A stretch of DNA of 63,880 bases, the filler included, from Octopus bimaculoides (Eukaryota), in NCBI RefSeq assembly GCF_001194135.2. It is 4 parts of 3 records of this genome, joined end to end, with 100 filler letters (N's around TTAATTAATTAA, not from the genome) between each part and the next. Parts side by side here need not be neighbours in the genome. Positions count along the whole stretch, not along the records: positions 40,021 to 62,448 come from NC_068985.1; positions 62,549 to 63,880 come from NC_068995.1; 2 more parts are not named here. The stretch is one strand, 5' to 3'. Made by a program: the position numbers and the translations under genes. Numbering within the stretch: the first letter of the stretch is position 1; every line of letters starts with the position of its first letter. The notes under the pieces are model-generated. The model did no database searches. It worked only from the letters and a program-made list of their open reading frames with translations, and was not told where the DNA came from. Below, piece by piece: positions 51,481 through 62,752 of the stretch.

Positions 51481-52322
51481 ATTGTGGGTTACCTCTTGGA
51501 AGTGGTTGACGACAGCGATTCAAGGATGTAACTGGTACTCAATTTTTATCATTTAGCACAGCCATAAATTGTGGGGTATCCTTGGGGATGCTGTTAACTA
51601 GAGCGATGCTAGGATATAACTGGTATTCAGAAATCGATCACACAAAGATTTTTTGGTATTGTTGTTGTTGGTATTATTTTGATCGATAGAAGAAACTGTA
51701 CTCATGCATTATGTTTTTTTATACGAGGTCAGTGATATTGATGTTGTAAGTCGACAACTGCAGGAAAGAAAAATATGTGCAGAGGAGGAGTTACAAAGAG
51801 CGAGGAGACACGATCGAATTAGAAGTCCCTGTGGCGCGAGTTTAGTCTCCTAGGAGAAGACGCTACAACGAGAAGAGAATGAAAACAGCAAAATGCTCTC
51901 CACACGAGAATGGCCTCTACACCTGCAAATAACGAATGCCGAGTAGAGTAATATTGATAACAATGGCCATAAGGTTCGAAGAAATTATAAAAGTATGGAA
52001 AACGAATAACTAAGATGTAGCCTACTGCTACTGGGGAAATTGGATACTCCGTTACAATAATTCATTATCTCCCATACATACATTACGTAGATAGGGTTAA
52101 GATTTCGGCTGTGTCCTCTTGAAGCACATCTGCTTATTTCAGTATTCCAAATCCGTATGTTGATGTTATATATTTGTGTGAGTTATGCATAAGAGTTGAA
52201 AATACTGAAAAATATTTCATTCACTACCTGAGGAATTTGTAATAGATGTTTTGCGTAGCAAATGAAACACATGTAAACGTTTACCAATCTCCTGTTTGCA
52301 CACACACACACACACACACACA

Positions 52323-52354
<32 letters not shown>

Positions 52355-52628
52355 GACACACACATTATACTGAGTATTGACATGTAAATAAAACACCAGC
52401 TATATTTCTTTAGATGATGTTAAGACCACACCAAATAAGACAGGCCTATGGAAACAACACACACACACAAGCCAATAAGTGCTTGCTTGTTCTCTCTCTC
52501 TCTCTCTCACTCACTCACTATCTCTGTATCTGTCTCCCCTCCCCTTCTCTCTTTAAATATATGTTTGTTTGTATTTGTTTTATAACGTTATAGCAAACAT
52601 TCCAATGGTGTTTTGTTCTTTGTTATAG

Positions 52629-52763
52629 ATGGTCCGATTATCAACACCTGGAAATTTCCACTCCAAAACGCAGGATTAGGCAAGGTTCTATATGGAAAAC
52701 CACCATTTGCCCCTGCAAGCAAGTTGCCCCGCTCCACAACACCGATGTTGTTCAAGGAAAAAG
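52629..52763 (+). CDS. Candidate 135-nt internal coding exon (DGPIINTWKFPLQNAGLGKVLYGKPPFAPASKLPRSTTPMLFKEK), unknown protein
   Basis: TTTTGTTCTTTGTTATAG| acceptor and AAG|GTACGC donor. GC is higher than the flanks and two frames are open. The protein is not recognised. Confidence 0.5.
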
Positions 52764-52971
52764 GTACGCTCATTATTATTTCGTACTTGTCTTGTCACAG
52801 ACGTTAAGCACCACGAGGCATCTTATCTTACGCTTAAATAATTCCGTTAATCCACCGCCCTGACCTGGTATTTTATTTATTGACCACAGTGGAGAGTTGA
52901 TCTCAAAGAGCGGAGAGGTTCGGAACAAATACTGCTAAGCGTTTTAACCGACGCTCTAATGATTCGGCCAA

Positions 52972-53195
52972 TGGCGATCTTACGTTACCAGTTCCAAAGC
53001 CGTCACTTAAACCACGTGTGTTTATTTACATCACATCGACCTTTTCCGTAAAAGGGTGTTAGGGTTAGGGAATTCCGTCCCTAACCGTAACCCTAACACA
53101 TCGGCCTTTTCCTTTTTACGGAAAAGGCCGATGTGATGTAAATAAACACACGTGGTTTAAATGACGGCTTTGGAACTGGTAACGTAAGGTCGCCA
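52972..53195. mobile_element. 224-bp fold-back (palindromic) MITE with telomeric core
   Basis: ~82-bp arms with 3 mismatches (TGGCGATCTTACGTTACCAG... / ...CTGGTAACGTAAGGTCGCCA). The core is TTAGGGTTAGGG...CCCTAACCGTAACCCTAA. Confidence 0.85.
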
Positions 53196-53289
53196 CAGAA
53201 ACAAATACAGGCATATCAAATACCATATAAAATAAATTCTTGAAATTATTGAAATTAACTCCACCTTTGAGGTGGAGATTTGTTTACCC

Positions 53290-53780
53290 GGTGAACAAGT
53301 TGCTTAGCGGTATTTCTTTCAGCCTTGCGTTTTGAGTTTATATTCCACCGAGGTCAACCTTTCTTCTCAAGCTCGATAAAGCAAGTTCCAGTTGCCCACA
53401 GTTCGATGTCATCGGCTAGCCCACTCCCCCAAAATTTTAATCCTCGTGCTTTTAGTAGAAACATTGTTATTATTCTGGAGAGGAAGCTGGCAGAATTGTT
53501 AACGTATCATACAAAATACTTAGCGGTATTTCTTCCGGCTTTAGGTTCTGTGTTCAAATCTCACAGAGGCTAAATTTGCCTATCATACATTTTGAGATCG
53601 ATAAAATAAAGTACTAGTTATGTATTGCTGGCCTTGTGCCAAAATTTGAGTTCATATTCCACCGAGGTCGAGTTTGTCTCTCGAGTTTGATAAATAAGTA
53701 TCAAGTTAAGCACAGGAACCGATGTAATCGACTAGCCTCTTCCCAAAATTTGAAGCCTTGTACCTACAATAGAAAAGAAT
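53290..53780 (+). mobile_element. Tandem family B SINE fragments
   Basis: Repeated GCTTAGCGGTATTTC...GAGTT.ATATTCCACCGAGGTC...CCCAAAATT blocks. Confidence 0.7.
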
Positions 53781-55244
53781 ATTTTTTCTTTCTTCTTCTT
53801 CTTCCCCTAACGCTAGTCACCTGACACTGAGAAACGTGAAAAACCGTGAAGCAGCTCATTCCTTTCACTAAATCATATTTTACCCTACTGAAAAATCCCG
53901 AGGATCATTTCTTATAACCGCGTACACTGATGTGTTCCCATTGATTAGTGTGTGTGTGTGTATGTGTGTAACAACAGGAGTCTTGAGAATGTTCTGAAAA
54001 TACTCCAAATATACCGAATAATGCCAAACATATACAAAATAAAACCAAAAATAATGTCAATAACCTCATCAAAAAGAAAAAAAATGGAGGAAAATATCAC
54101 CATTGCCTCGAGCAAGATTCGAACTGGTACTTAACATATCGGCTAAGTGATTTACTACCTTTTATCCTTATCCACTACGTAAATGTGTTACTCTTCAACA
54201 TACCTGAAAAGTGATTCGAGTTGGCGACACTTGGCCCCTGAAAGACGCCTCAAAATTAATTAATTCGTCCCAAAATTAATTAATTCTTTCCTATGGTAGT
54301 CAAACAACTAATTTCGCGCCCCAAAATCAGTCAGAGTGTGTTCTATTTGTTTTTCTTGGTTGATTTTTTTTTGTTTTCTTTTTATATATATTTTTTTTAG
54401 CATTTCTTATTCTTATTTCATCTATTTGTATATTCATGTTGTTTGTNNNNNNNNNNNNNNNNNNNNNNNNNNNNNNNNNNNNNNNNNNNNNNNNNNNNNN
54501 NNNNNNNNNNNNNNNNNNNNNNNNNNNNNNNNNNNNNNNNNNNNNNNNNNNNNNNNNNNNNNNNNNNNNNNNNNNNNNNNNNNNNNNNNNNNNNNNNNNN
54601 NNNNNNNNNNNNNNNNNNNNNNNNNNNNNNNNNNNNNNNNNNNNNNNNNNNNNNNNNNNNNNNNNNNNNNNNNNNNNNNNNNNNNNNNNNNNNNNNNNNN
54701 NNNNNNNNNNNNNNNNNNNNNNNNNNNNNNNNNNNNNNNNNNNNNNNNNNNNNNNNNNNNNNNNNNNNNNNNNNNNNNNNNNNNNNNNNNNNNNNNNNNN
54801 NNNNNNNNNNNNNNNNNNNNNNNNNNNNNNNNNNNNNNNNNNNNNNNNNNNNNNNNNNNNNNNNNNNNNNNNNNNNNNNNNNNNNNNNNNNNNNNNNNNN
54901 NNNNNNNNNNNNNNNNNNNNNNNNNNNNNNNNNNNNNNNNNNNNNNNNNNNNNNNNNNNNNNNNNNNNNNNNNNNNNNNNNNNNNNNNNNNNNNNNNNNN
55001 NNNNNNNNNNNNNNNNNNNNNNNNNNNNNNNNNNNNNNNNNNNNNNNNNNNNNNNNNNNNNNNNNNNNNNNNNNNNNNNNNNNNNNNNNNNNNNNNNNNN
55101 NNNNNNNNNNNNNNNNNNNNNNNNNNNNNNNNNNNNNNNNNNNNNNNNNNNNNNNNNNNNNNNNNNNNNNNNNNNNNNNNNNNNNNNNNNNNNNNNNNNN
55201 NNNNNNNNNNNNNNNNNNNNNCTCGTATTACAGGTAATATTTAC

Positions 55245-55268
55245 CTGTCCTTCTGGATTGTTTGACAC
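55245..55268 (-). CDS. Candidate 24-nt microexon
   Basis: TTATGTTTGGTTTTATACAG|GTGTCAAACAATCCAGAAGGACAG|GTAAAT; all three frames are open. Confidence 0.25.
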
Positions 55269-55639
55269 CTGTATAAAACCAAACATAATAAGTATAAATG
55301 GTTTTTTTTTAACACACGCCAGGTAGGCCACAGATTTCGTGAGAGCAGAAGGTGGGGATAGTGTAAAATACCTTTTCACCTTCACCCCTTTGTCTCCCTT
55401 TCTTCCCCCTTTCTCTCATTCTCTCTCTCCTCTGTGCCCCTCCCTTCAATCCTACTTTTTACTTTCATCATCTCTTTTATCGGTATTTTTCTTTGTCTGT
55501 TCTACCCACCCCATATTTGGTGGGTATATTTACCTGTATTAACCCCTACACACACACATACGCGCATATTTATTTATACACACATACATATATAACCACC
55601 TCAGCATTGCCACCCCTATCTATACTCAAGCCCTCGAAG

Positions 55640-55825
55640 TAAGAGTGAGAGAAAAATGTGGTGAAAGCGTACAGCAGGGTTCGCCACCATCCCCTGCCGG
55701 AGCCTCGTGGAGCTTTTAGGTGTTTTCGCTCAATAAACACTCACAACACCCGGTTTGGGAATCGAAACCGCGACCCTATGACCGCGAGTCCGCTGCACTA
55801 ACCACTGGGCCATTATGCCTCCACT
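55640..55825 (-). mobile_element. Family C SINE 5' half
   Basis: Reverse complement of the 51098 head: GGGAATCGAAACCGCGACCCTATGACCGCGAGTCCGCTG. Confidence 0.88.
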
Positions 55826-56352
55826 CATGCATACATATATACATACATAGATTCATTCATTCACTCATTTCTTGTTAGCTACCGAAGCAGTTTTGATTCA
55901 ATATAGCATTGCCTATATATTACTTAACGTGCATATACTGGATATAATGCGTAAAGCCACAAAACTGCAATATTCGTCTTGAGAAAGCTTCTCCTATAGA
56001 CCTATAACGCTAAAAAACCGCTGAAGTGCATCAGCAGCAGTGGTGAAATTGTTAAATCTGGATTTCTGTGTCTTTATACGTCATCAGTAGAAAGCATCTA
56101 CCAGCAACCACATGCTTAGACAAATTTAGCTTCTACTGATAGAGAGAAAAAACTTATTAACAAGCCACTGCTATCACAAGTAGCTGGTGGGTCGGGTGAA
56201 AATTCGTCATTAGCAACGGAATCAATATTGGTTCAGAAAAGTATTTTGTATATCGTCTTTCGGTTCGATATCTATAGAGAAAAGCAAATGTGGCCAGGGA
56301 GGAAATTTCAGGACGGAGCAAAGTTGAAGACAAGGTGTTTAATAGGATTCTG

Positions 56353-56991
56353 GGATCTATTTTAAAACGGGGGCACCAGTATTTTCTTAACGAAACACTA
56401 ACGAAACACTTTGAAACTTGGGACACTGGTAGAATGTGTCATATAAAACATATTTTACTCTTAGTCTTCTTAACCAAAAAAAGGAATTCGCAAGTTATTC
56501 CATGTAATAGCTGTCGTATTTCTGTAGTTTCAGCCAATCACTGACGTCTATTCAGTTGAATAGAGTTTACTGCTGGGCGGTCATAAAAATGTTATTCCCT
56601 GTGACATATTTCATCCGGTTTAATCGTAATTTATACGCATATATTGTTTATATAATAAATTACGCTGTGCGTATCTATGTGTGTAACAATTTTAGAGTTC
56701 GGATTCTAGAGTTAGGGTTAGTTTTAGGGTTAGGGTTAACAGTCTAGTTAGGGGATTAATACGATATACACCGTTACAACGCTAATTGTTTTCAACTGAA
56801 TAGACGTCAGTGATTAGTAGAAATTATCGAAATAAGACAATTTTTTACATGAAATAAATTCGAATACAAAAATATTTTTCTGTTCTATAACACAAAATAG
56901 ATAAGTATACGAAGTTTGAAAGTCTTTCCGTACCAAAAACACTACATAAAACATAAATGAAAACTGTCGCCCCCCGTTTTAAAATAGATCC
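56353..56991. mobile_element. 639-bp MITE with GG-initiated TIRs and 8-bp TSD (Merlin-like)
   Basis: TSD GGATTCTG at 56345-56352 and 56992-56999. TIR GGATCTATTTTAAAACGGGGG. Perfect internal 25-bp IR at 56536-56560/56791-56815 and a TTAGGG tract at 56711-56755. The Merlin assignment is inferred from TSD/TIR type. Confidence 0.85.
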
Positions 56992-57179
56992 GGATTCTGG
57001 GTAGTGAGACCCAGTTGATGACCACAACTAACACTACATACAGGTGGTAGTAGTAGCAGTGATGGGGATGGTGTTTGTAGTAGTAGTAGCGATGGGGGTG
57101 GTGTGTGTAGTAGTATTGGTCGTGGCGGTAGTTGGTGCTAATAATAGTAGAGGTAGGAGCATTAGTAGTGATGGTGATA

Positions 57180-57420
57180 AGAAAACATAAGCGGCTAGTT
57201 AGCAGAAACCTTAGCGCGCCGGCGAAATGCTTAGCAGTATTTCGTCTGTCTTTACGTTCTGAGTTCAAATTCCGCCGAGGTTGACTTTGCTTTTCATCCT
57301 TTCGTGGTCGATTAAATAAGTACCAGTTACGCACTGGGGTCGATATAATCGACTTAATCCGTCTGTCTGTCCTTGTTTGTCTCCTCTGTGTGTAGCCCCT
57401 TGTGGGCAGTAAAGAAATAA
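57180..57420 (+). mobile_element. Family B SINE
   Basis: GCGGCTAGTTAGCAGAAACC...GAGTTCAAATTCCGCCGAGG...GTGGGCAGTAAAGAAATAAGAA. Confidence 0.85.
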
Positions 57421-58972
57421 GAATACATAAGCCAATACGTCTCTCCTTGATCAAGACAATATGAAGTAATTTCAAGGTGATTTGGCTGCTATCTTTAGCA
57501 TATTGGAAAGCTTTAACTTTTTGTGTATGTAGCTGTTTTCTCCTTAAGCATGTCCGTCAGGAACTCTAGGTTACATGCTTCTTTATTTTTTTTCTTGAGA
57601 ACATGTCTTTCGAAGACGTGGTACATGCCAAAATATGACCATTCGTGTACCAGTGTCCTTCTCGATGTTGTTGTTGTTATTGATGTTAATGTGTCCAATA
57701 ATTGAAGTGCCAAGCCCTCGACATATTGATGGTAGCTCATATCAATCGTTGTAATTTCTTTTCAGGCAAGAAACATTTTACTAAGAAAAAAAAAAAAGAG
57801 AGAGAGACAGAATTGAACCAACATGGCTTCTCTTCTCATTAAAAAATTGACTCTCCTAGTAAACGTTATTAATATTAGTAGTATCACTCTAGAATGCAGT
57901 TGAATAATTGAATTTTAAAAAATAATAAAGCATGCTATTAAAATAATTTTATGAGCTTTAATCAGCCTCTCCTAATCAAAAAATAATAAACCAGCGCATA
58001 GAAAATAAATTTTAATTATAGGACTCCTGGCAACCATCCTTTTCATTTATGTGTGCATTAATTAATTGGGTAGCATTTGGCAGAATCGGGAGAGTGACGG
58101 ATAGAAAAATTACTAGCGGAGTTCAAATCCCAACGAGGTCGAATTTGATTTTAAATGGCTGCACGACATTCTGGCCTTGTAACAAGGTTATAAATAATTA
58201 ATTCATTAATTGCTCAATTAAATAACGGACAATTCTCGAATCGAGTGACAATGAGGAGAATGTCTTTTCTTTATTGCTATTCGATTCGATCTTCTGGCAT
58301 ATAATTTGGTTTACTAATTGAAGCGCGAATGGCTAATTCATTTTAATATATTTATTTTCAGTTATATATATGAGCGTGTACATATTTAGAATACGTATAA
58401 TCTATGTATATGTGTCTAATGGTATAAGCTGGGGAAACAGAACTACATAATTCTTTGCTGTTTTGCTATAAAGCTATATATGTAACTCGGGAGTCGAAAG
58501 TTTCGTATGCTGCACTTAACAAAATGTAATAAACGCAATCCACGAAACAACTGCACTTTGAGTTACTTAATGAACCTCTTCTACTGAAAAATAAAAATAA
58601 AAAATATAATGTGAAGGCCTGTGGTGTTGTGGCTAGAGAATTCGGCTAATGAAAGTAAGACTCGGCGAGATTTGAACGTAAAGAGCCCGACCATATACTT
58701 TTGATGCTCTAACGGTCTTGCTATTACACCACCTAAAGCGGTACTTTATTTACCCACGAAAGAATAAAAGGATAGCGTTGACCTCAACAGGGTTTGAACA
58801 CTGGTTGTAAAGAGCCAGAATGAATACAGCAACACATTTTGTCCGATATTCAGTCTATTCTGCTGGTTTGACACCCATTAACCAATTTGCTGTCAAAACA
58901 TTTTATATTAACAACACCAACACCTTAATTTATTTGAATTTGGATTTTTTAAAAGCTTTTCTGTTTTTTCAG

Positions 58973-59073
58973 ATTCTCTCATAGTTCATTTACATTTAGT
59001 TTGGGACAAAAGCATTCTTATGCCCATTGCAATTCAACACTTTCTCCACACTATTATTCGAACGAAATACTAG
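58973..59073 (+). CDS. Candidate terminal exon (DSLIVHLHLVWDKSILMPIAIQHFLHTIIRTKY*); an alternative frame is open to 59399
   Basis: Strong acceptor CTTTTCTGTTTTTTCAG|; phase-compatible with 52629-52763. Confidence 0.3.
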
Positions 59074-59621
59074 CAGTGGTAACCGTGGAGGAGCGTCTTG
59101 CAGTAGGCAGCAAAAGATCATGGGAACAGCGTAAACTTGTAAAAGAAATCGTCAACGTTAGACTTAAAATTTTTATCGGCTGCAAAGTGACCTCGGTAGT
59201 TTACTTCACACATACAGCTTCTTCGTTATTTTGTGGCATATATTGCTACCAACAACGCCTCCATTGTTACTCCTCGGGTCCTTTCGCTTTTGCGTTTGTC
59301 TTTTTGCTTTCGTGTGGGATTCTATGTTGGATTTTCTCTCAACAAATATATTCCTGTCTGCTTCTGTTTCGTTTACTACATTATAACGTGCTGAAATGAC
59401 ATGTTATAATGCAGCGTGGAACATCTGAAAAGCTCCGAGGATATGATATTAGAAAATGTTTGCGCCTCTTATAATTTCCTCTCAAAGCTAAGATCTTTTA
59501 TGTGTTATACATACAGACACGAGTAAGCACATAATATAAAATAAGGTGTAAAATATAGTACTCGAATACCGCAGGTAGTGTAACATGCCTTTTTATTAAA
59601 GCTGCAAATACGTCACAAAAG

Positions 59622-59661
59622 ACTGTTACTCGGTGTTTCACGTTCCCGTTCGTCAGACAGT
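59622..59661 (-). ncRNA. Minimal type I hammerhead ribozyme (second family)
   Basis: ACTGT CTGACGA ACG-GGAA-CGT GAAAC ACCGA GTA ACAGT: perfect 5-bp stem I, canonical core, GUA cleavage triplet. Confidence 0.8.
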
Positions 59662-59879
59662 TGTGACCAAGTCTTCATCATAACTGTCTGAGGAACGGGA
59701 ATAATGTGGAGAAAATAGTACTCGAATACCTAACATAGAGTAAAATGATCATGACCATCTGACAAGCTATTACATGAAACATTGAGTACTTTAATGACAT
59801 CTATTTGTCGCACCACCAAGTTACAAGTTACTGATGCACACACTTCGCACATTAAAAGCATAGAAATAATATACTTACA

Positions 59880-60245
59880 TTACTCTTTTACTTGTTTCAG
59901 TCATTTGACTGCGGCCATGCCGGACTATCGTCTTTAGTCGAACAAATCAACCCCAGGACTTATTCTTTGGAAGCCTAGTACTCATTCTATCGGTGTCTTT
60001 TGCCGAACCGCTAAGTTACAGGGATGTAAACACACCAGCATCGGTGTGTTGGAGGGGGGCAATCACAGACACACAAACATACATACATATATATATATAC
60101 ATATATACGACGGGCTTCTTTCAGCTTCTATCTACCAAATCCACTCACAAGGCTTTGGTCGGCCTTAGGTGCCACTCAGTGGGAATGAACCCGGAACCAT
60201 GTGACTGGTAAGCAAGCTACTTACCACACAGCCACTCCTGCGCCT
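59880..60245 (-). mobile_element. Family A SINE with internal deletion
   Basis: Family A blocks from the tail to the head CCACTCCTGCGCCT. Confidence 0.85.
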
Positions 60246-60439
60246 AAATATTTCTTGCACACCCAAGCTCTCTATTATCATAACTACTAAGTCATTCTAA
60301 TTCCGGTTGCATGGCATACAAAATATATATTTTAATAATGAATAGCGAGCCATCGAAAGGCAAAATATGCAAATTAAGCTATCCACTACAGTGATAGAAC
60401 GCTTTATATTATAGCTGAATAAGCTTTGGTACTGGCTGG

Positions 60440-60765
60440 GGATGGAATCTTCAACTGCATGGTTTTGGGTTCAGTCCCACTGCAGAGCATGTTGGGTAAA
60501 TGTCTTTTGTTATAGGTCCGAGCTAAGCAATTCCAGTGAGCGAATTTGGGAGAGGGAAAATGTATGGAATCTTGCAAGTATATGTATGTGTGTTTGTCCT
60601 CGCTATTTGCCACAACCGGCATTGGTGTACCTCCCCATAACTTGGCGCTTCAAGGTAGAGAAACGATCAAATTAGTGCCAGACTTTAAAATAAACGCTGG
60701 ATTCGATTTGTTCGACAAAACCCTTAAAGTCGATGCTCCAGCATGGCTTCAGCCCAGCAACTGAA
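60440..60765 (+). mobile_element. Diverged family A SINE
   Basis: GGTTTTGGGTTCAGTCCCACTGCAG...GATGCTCCAGCATGGC...GAAACTAGTAAA. Confidence 0.7.
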
Positions 60766-60857
60766 ACTAGTAAATGGAGGATGGAGTACATATCAATCAT
60801 TCTTTTTACAAGAAGTGGGTGACAGTAACTTCGAAGTTTCGGCTTGCTGGCCTTCGA

Positions 60858-60888
60858 ATTGTCTGACGAAGACTAGCAGGCCGAAACT
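60858..60888 (+). ncRNA. Partial hammerhead motif (third family)
   Basis: ATTGT CTGACGA A GACTAGCAGGCC GAAAC; stem III and the cleavage site are replaced by (CA)n. Confidence 0.4.
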
Positions 60889-60889
60889 A

Positions 60890-60939
<50 letters not shown>

Positions 60940-62199
60940 NNNNNNNNNNNNNNNNNNNNNNNNNNNNNNNNNNNNNNNNNNNNNNNNNNNNNNNNNNNNN
61001 NNNNNNNNNNNNNNNNNNNNNNNNNNNNNNNNNNNNNNNNNNNNNNNNNNNNNNNNNNNNNNNNNNNNNNNNNNNNNNNNNNNNNNNNNNNNNNNNNNNN
61101 NNNNNNNNNNNNNNNNNNNNNNNNNNNNNNNNNNNNNNNNNNNNNNNNNNNNNNNNNNNNNNNNNNNNNNNNNNNNNNNNNNNNNNNNNNNNNNNNNNNN
61201 NNNNNNNNNNNNNNNNNNNNNNNNNNNNNNNNNNNNNNNNNNNNNNNNNNNNNNNNNNNNNNNNNNNNNNNNNNNNNNNNNNNNNNNNNNNNNNNNNNNN
61301 NNNNNNNNNNNNNNNNNNNNNNNNNNNNNNNNNNNNNNNNNNNNNNNNNNNNNNNNNNNNNNNNNNNNNNNNNNNNNNNNNNNNNNNNNNNNNNNNNNNN
61401 NNNNNNNNNNNNNNNNNNNNNNATATATATATATATGTGTGTGTGTGTATATATATGTGTGTGTGTGTATATATATGTGTGTGTGTGTATATATATGTGT
61501 GTGTGTGTATATATGTGTGTGTGTGTGTGTATATATATGTGTGTGTGTGTGTGTATATATATGTGTGTGCGTGTGTGTATAAATGCTTATATGTATGTAT
61601 ATATATATATATTCACACACACACACACATATATATCTAGATAGATACACACACATGTATATGCATACATATATTATATATGCATATCTATATATATGTA
61701 TTTATATGAACATATATATACACATATATGTATGTATATATATATATACACTAATCACACAGGTATGTAATATATGTAAAAATATGTTAACATTGCCATA
61801 TGTGTGCGTTTATACATATATGTGTGTGTGTGTGCAAAAATAGTTATGTAACATTATATATATATATCGATATTTATATATGCAGATATATACATTATGC
61901 ATACACACATATATAAACACACGCTCAGAAACAGACTTATGTAATTTTTATCACTATTAAGCACCCATATCATTGATGTCCACTTGTGTTTTATATTTTT
62001 GAATTTATATTTTGCTTTAATATTTACTAGCATCACCCGTGCATCTATCATGGTTGGTTTAAAATTGGAGATTTCCAACATTCATATATATACACATGGT
62101 GCTACATACCTAGTAGTAAGTATGTATGTGTTTATGTATCTGGGTGATTACGTGTGCAAATATATGAATGTGTATATATGTGTGCTGTGTGTGAGTTTG

Positions 62200-62352
62200 C
62201 ATATGTGGTAAGATATTTGATTCCTAACTACATGGTTCCGGGTTCAGTCTCACTGAGTGTCACCTTGGGCATGTGTCTCCCACTATAGCCTCCGGCCGAT
62301 CAAAAGCCTTGTGAGTGAATTTGGTAGACGGAAAATGAAAGAAGCCCGTCAT
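62200..62352 (+). mobile_element. Family A SINE 5' half
   Basis: GGTTCCGGGTTCAGTCTC...GGTAGACGGAAAATGAAAGAAGCCCGTC. Confidence 0.8.
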
Positions 62353-62360
62353 GTGTGTGG

Positions 62361-62411
<51 letters not shown>

Positions 62412-62569
62412 TGTGTGTATATATGTGTGTGTGTATGTGTATGTATATNNNNNNNNNNNNNNNNNNNNNNNNNNNNNNNNNNNNNNNNNNNNTTAATTAA
62501 TTAANNNNNNNNNNNNNNNNNNNNNNNNNNNNNNNNNNNNNNNNNNNNAATGTAAACAACTGAATACTT

Positions 62570-62752
62570 GTCAGTGATTGGTTGAAATTATCGAAATAAG
62601 ACAATTTTTTACATGAAATAAATTCGAAGACAAAAATATTTTTCTGTTCTATAACACAAAATAGATAAGTATACGAAGTTTGAAAGTCTTTCGGTACCAA
62701 AAACACTACGTAAAACATTAATGAAAAATGTGGCCCCCGTTTTAAAAAAGAT
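62570..62752. mobile_element. Right end of a second copy of the Merlin-like MITE (left part in gap)
   Basis: Near-identical to 56805-56990, ending CCCCCGTTTTAAAAAAGATC. Confidence 0.88.

Noticed and set aside
57635-57754. 39-aa ORF with signal-peptide-like start (MTIRVPVSFSMLLLLLMLMC...)
   Set aside because: The hydrophobic core comes from a (TTG)n repeat, and the flanking splice sites are weak.
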